This document shows, in pieces, positions 61,902 through 64,000 of a stretch of 64,000 nucleotides of DNA. The stretch spans positions 96,446,490 through 96,510,489 of the forward strand of contig NC_068985.1 of NCBI RefSeq assembly GCF_001194135.2, read 5' to 3'. The stretch is from Octopus bimaculoides (Eukaryota). The notes under the pieces were generated by a model. That model worked only from the letters and a program-made list of their open reading frames with translations, had not been told where the DNA came from and ran no database searches. A program made the position numbers and the translations under genes. Numbering within the stretch: the stretch's first letter is position 1; every line of letters starts with the position of its first letter.

Positions 61902-63483
61902 CTTTAAGAATAATGTTGACAATGATTTCAGGAGGCCGAAACTTCGAGGTCATTGTCTTGATAAAGATTAATAATAAATATGTACTTCAGAAAAAGTATT
62001 GAGCAATCCTTCAGTTTAATGTAAAATTGTCATTAGCATAACTCGATATAAACACACACACACACAGATTGCCGGTAAATCAATACCATGGTTTTGTCAG
62101 AATCCAGGAATTTGGACACAGCGATCTAGTTTTGAAATAGAGAAATTTCCATATTTTGCCTGCCAATCTACATTAGCTTTCTCGTTTGGTCTATTATCAG
62201 CGTGGATTGTATAATGATGCAATATTTCTCAGCTAAGCATAAACTGCGCTGTTTTGAACAATTACTGTGGATGCTCTGTACTTTAAGTTGGTCAATGTCG
62301 GAGACACGTCTTTATTTAAGTCAAATGTATCTGAAAAAGTTCATGTACTGGTAGCTCTAGATACATATGATATAGTTTATATATGCACAGGTTATTTAAG
62401 AGACGTAATGTTTGGACAATTGTATTTTTATTTCGTTTGTAGTGTCTTGAAAGATGCTATGCTTAAGCAATTAAATTTTATTCTTAAGAAATGCTGTAGA
62501 ATGTCTAACTTTTGTTTTGTTATTCCTATCTACTTCTTTCTTTGTGAGTGTGTGCGTGCGTATACACGGGCGTTTCAAATAGCAACCTCTGATGACGTAA
62601 TGATGACCAAGCATCATTACATAAGAAAATCGTTACGTAATATCCCTTGCGATGATCACTGAAACACGTGTAGAACATACTATAGTTAATTTTATAATAT
62701 ACGCTGTATTCATTATACATACATATGTCCGATCTATCTATCTAGATATATAAAACTGACTGACATCAAGAAGATTTGAACTCAAAAACCAAAGCGAAGT
62801 AACTAAATACTGAAACATCAAATTAATATCCAATTGTCGAACTTTGCTGATCCGGGAAAGAAACGTAGAATAATTTTAAATCTAGCATACGCAGTTTGAA
62901 AAAGAAAAAAAAAGAAAAAAAAAGTAGGGGTGGTCATAACTGGAACTACTTTGATAAAAAAAAAAAAAAATCTGTTCGTTCATCAGACCTGAACATGGCG
63001 TTAAGGATAAACTAGTTCTTCAACAAAATGCTCGCTCTCCCGTTAGATCACGCTAAAATTTCGTTAAGTAAAATCTGCGTTTTGTTTGAATAAGGACGTG
63101 AAGACGAGAGTGAATGTGTGTGCGTGTGTGTACGTATGTACGTGTGAGAATGTATGTGTAAATCAGTAAATATTGTGTGTGTGATTGCTACGTGTGTGTA
63201 AGTACTTGTAAACAGTAAGTGACCAATTAGTGACGCCACCAGAACACGCTAAGAAACTAGTAAGCACAGTTTTTCTCTTCTTTTCTTTTCTTCTTTTTTC
63301 AAGGTACCAAACGAAGCAGTCAGTGTAAAAGTAGTTTTTTTCTTCTTCATCATTTCACTTCGCGATTAAAGGTTGCTCATGTCAAGATGTTCTCTCTCCA
63401 CCCTCACACACACATCCACGAAAAACGTCAACATACATTACACACGTACACACCACACGTATATCCATCTACGCGCCCAAACA

Positions 63484-63521
<38 letters not shown>

Positions 63522-64000
63522 ATCTACACACATATATAAACTCTTATTTTCTCTCTGGTTCTACATCCATAAAAAACACTATCATACAGATAGACATAAT
63601 CCATCAACACACACACGTTCTCTATCTCACTGTGACTCACACATCCAAACACCACACGCATTCATACACATATATTATTACATACACACACATCCTCAAA
63701 TTTATCTACTCACCACTCACTCGCTCATACACCCACACATGCACACGCATCTATTCACACTAACCAAACACCTATGCGCATACACACGCACGCACGCTTT
63801 CTTCCTCTCTCGCTGTTTTTTAATGAGTTGCCATTAAATGGATCAGTGTGCCGTGTGCTGCACGTGTGGAGACATTAGTTTCCAAGAACGGGCACCAACA
63901 GTGAAGGCGGTGGCGGCGATGGTGGTGTAGAAGGGAGGGGCTGAACGAAACACTATCAATGTATATGTGTGCACGCATGTATATATATATATATATATAT

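Noticed and set aside
62589-62630. CTGATGA...GAAA as a hammerhead
   Set aside because: The stem does not abut GAAA (ATAA intervenes) and no stem I/III pairing is present.

Overview
Eukaryotic, AT-rich, microsatellite- and retroposon-dense draft genomic DNA with about 14 N-gaps. The repeat content looks like an octopus (coleoid cephalopod) genome; this is inference. The only clear protein-coding gene is a minus-strand ETS1/ETS2/pointed-type transcription factor. Five coding exons are well supported: 34623-34504 (ERK-site PLTP exon), 33363-33163 (PNT/SAM), 15491-15279, 12863-12594 and 11604-11261 (ETS domain plus stop). A probable first coding exon lies at 48803-48728. All junctions are GT-AG and phase 1, giving about 407 aa if nothing is hidden in gaps. 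The rest of the window is intronic or intergenic. It holds three tRNA-headed SINE families, RTE-type LINE 3' ends, a decayed R4/Dong-type RLE retroelement, a Penelope GIY-YIG remnant, a minimal hammerhead-ribozyme motif, several MITEs/foldbacks, Helentron-like elements, a 195-bp tandem repeat and many microsatellites. No CRISPR, rRNA or true tRNA gene is supported. Repeat boundaries were set by eye and are approximate.
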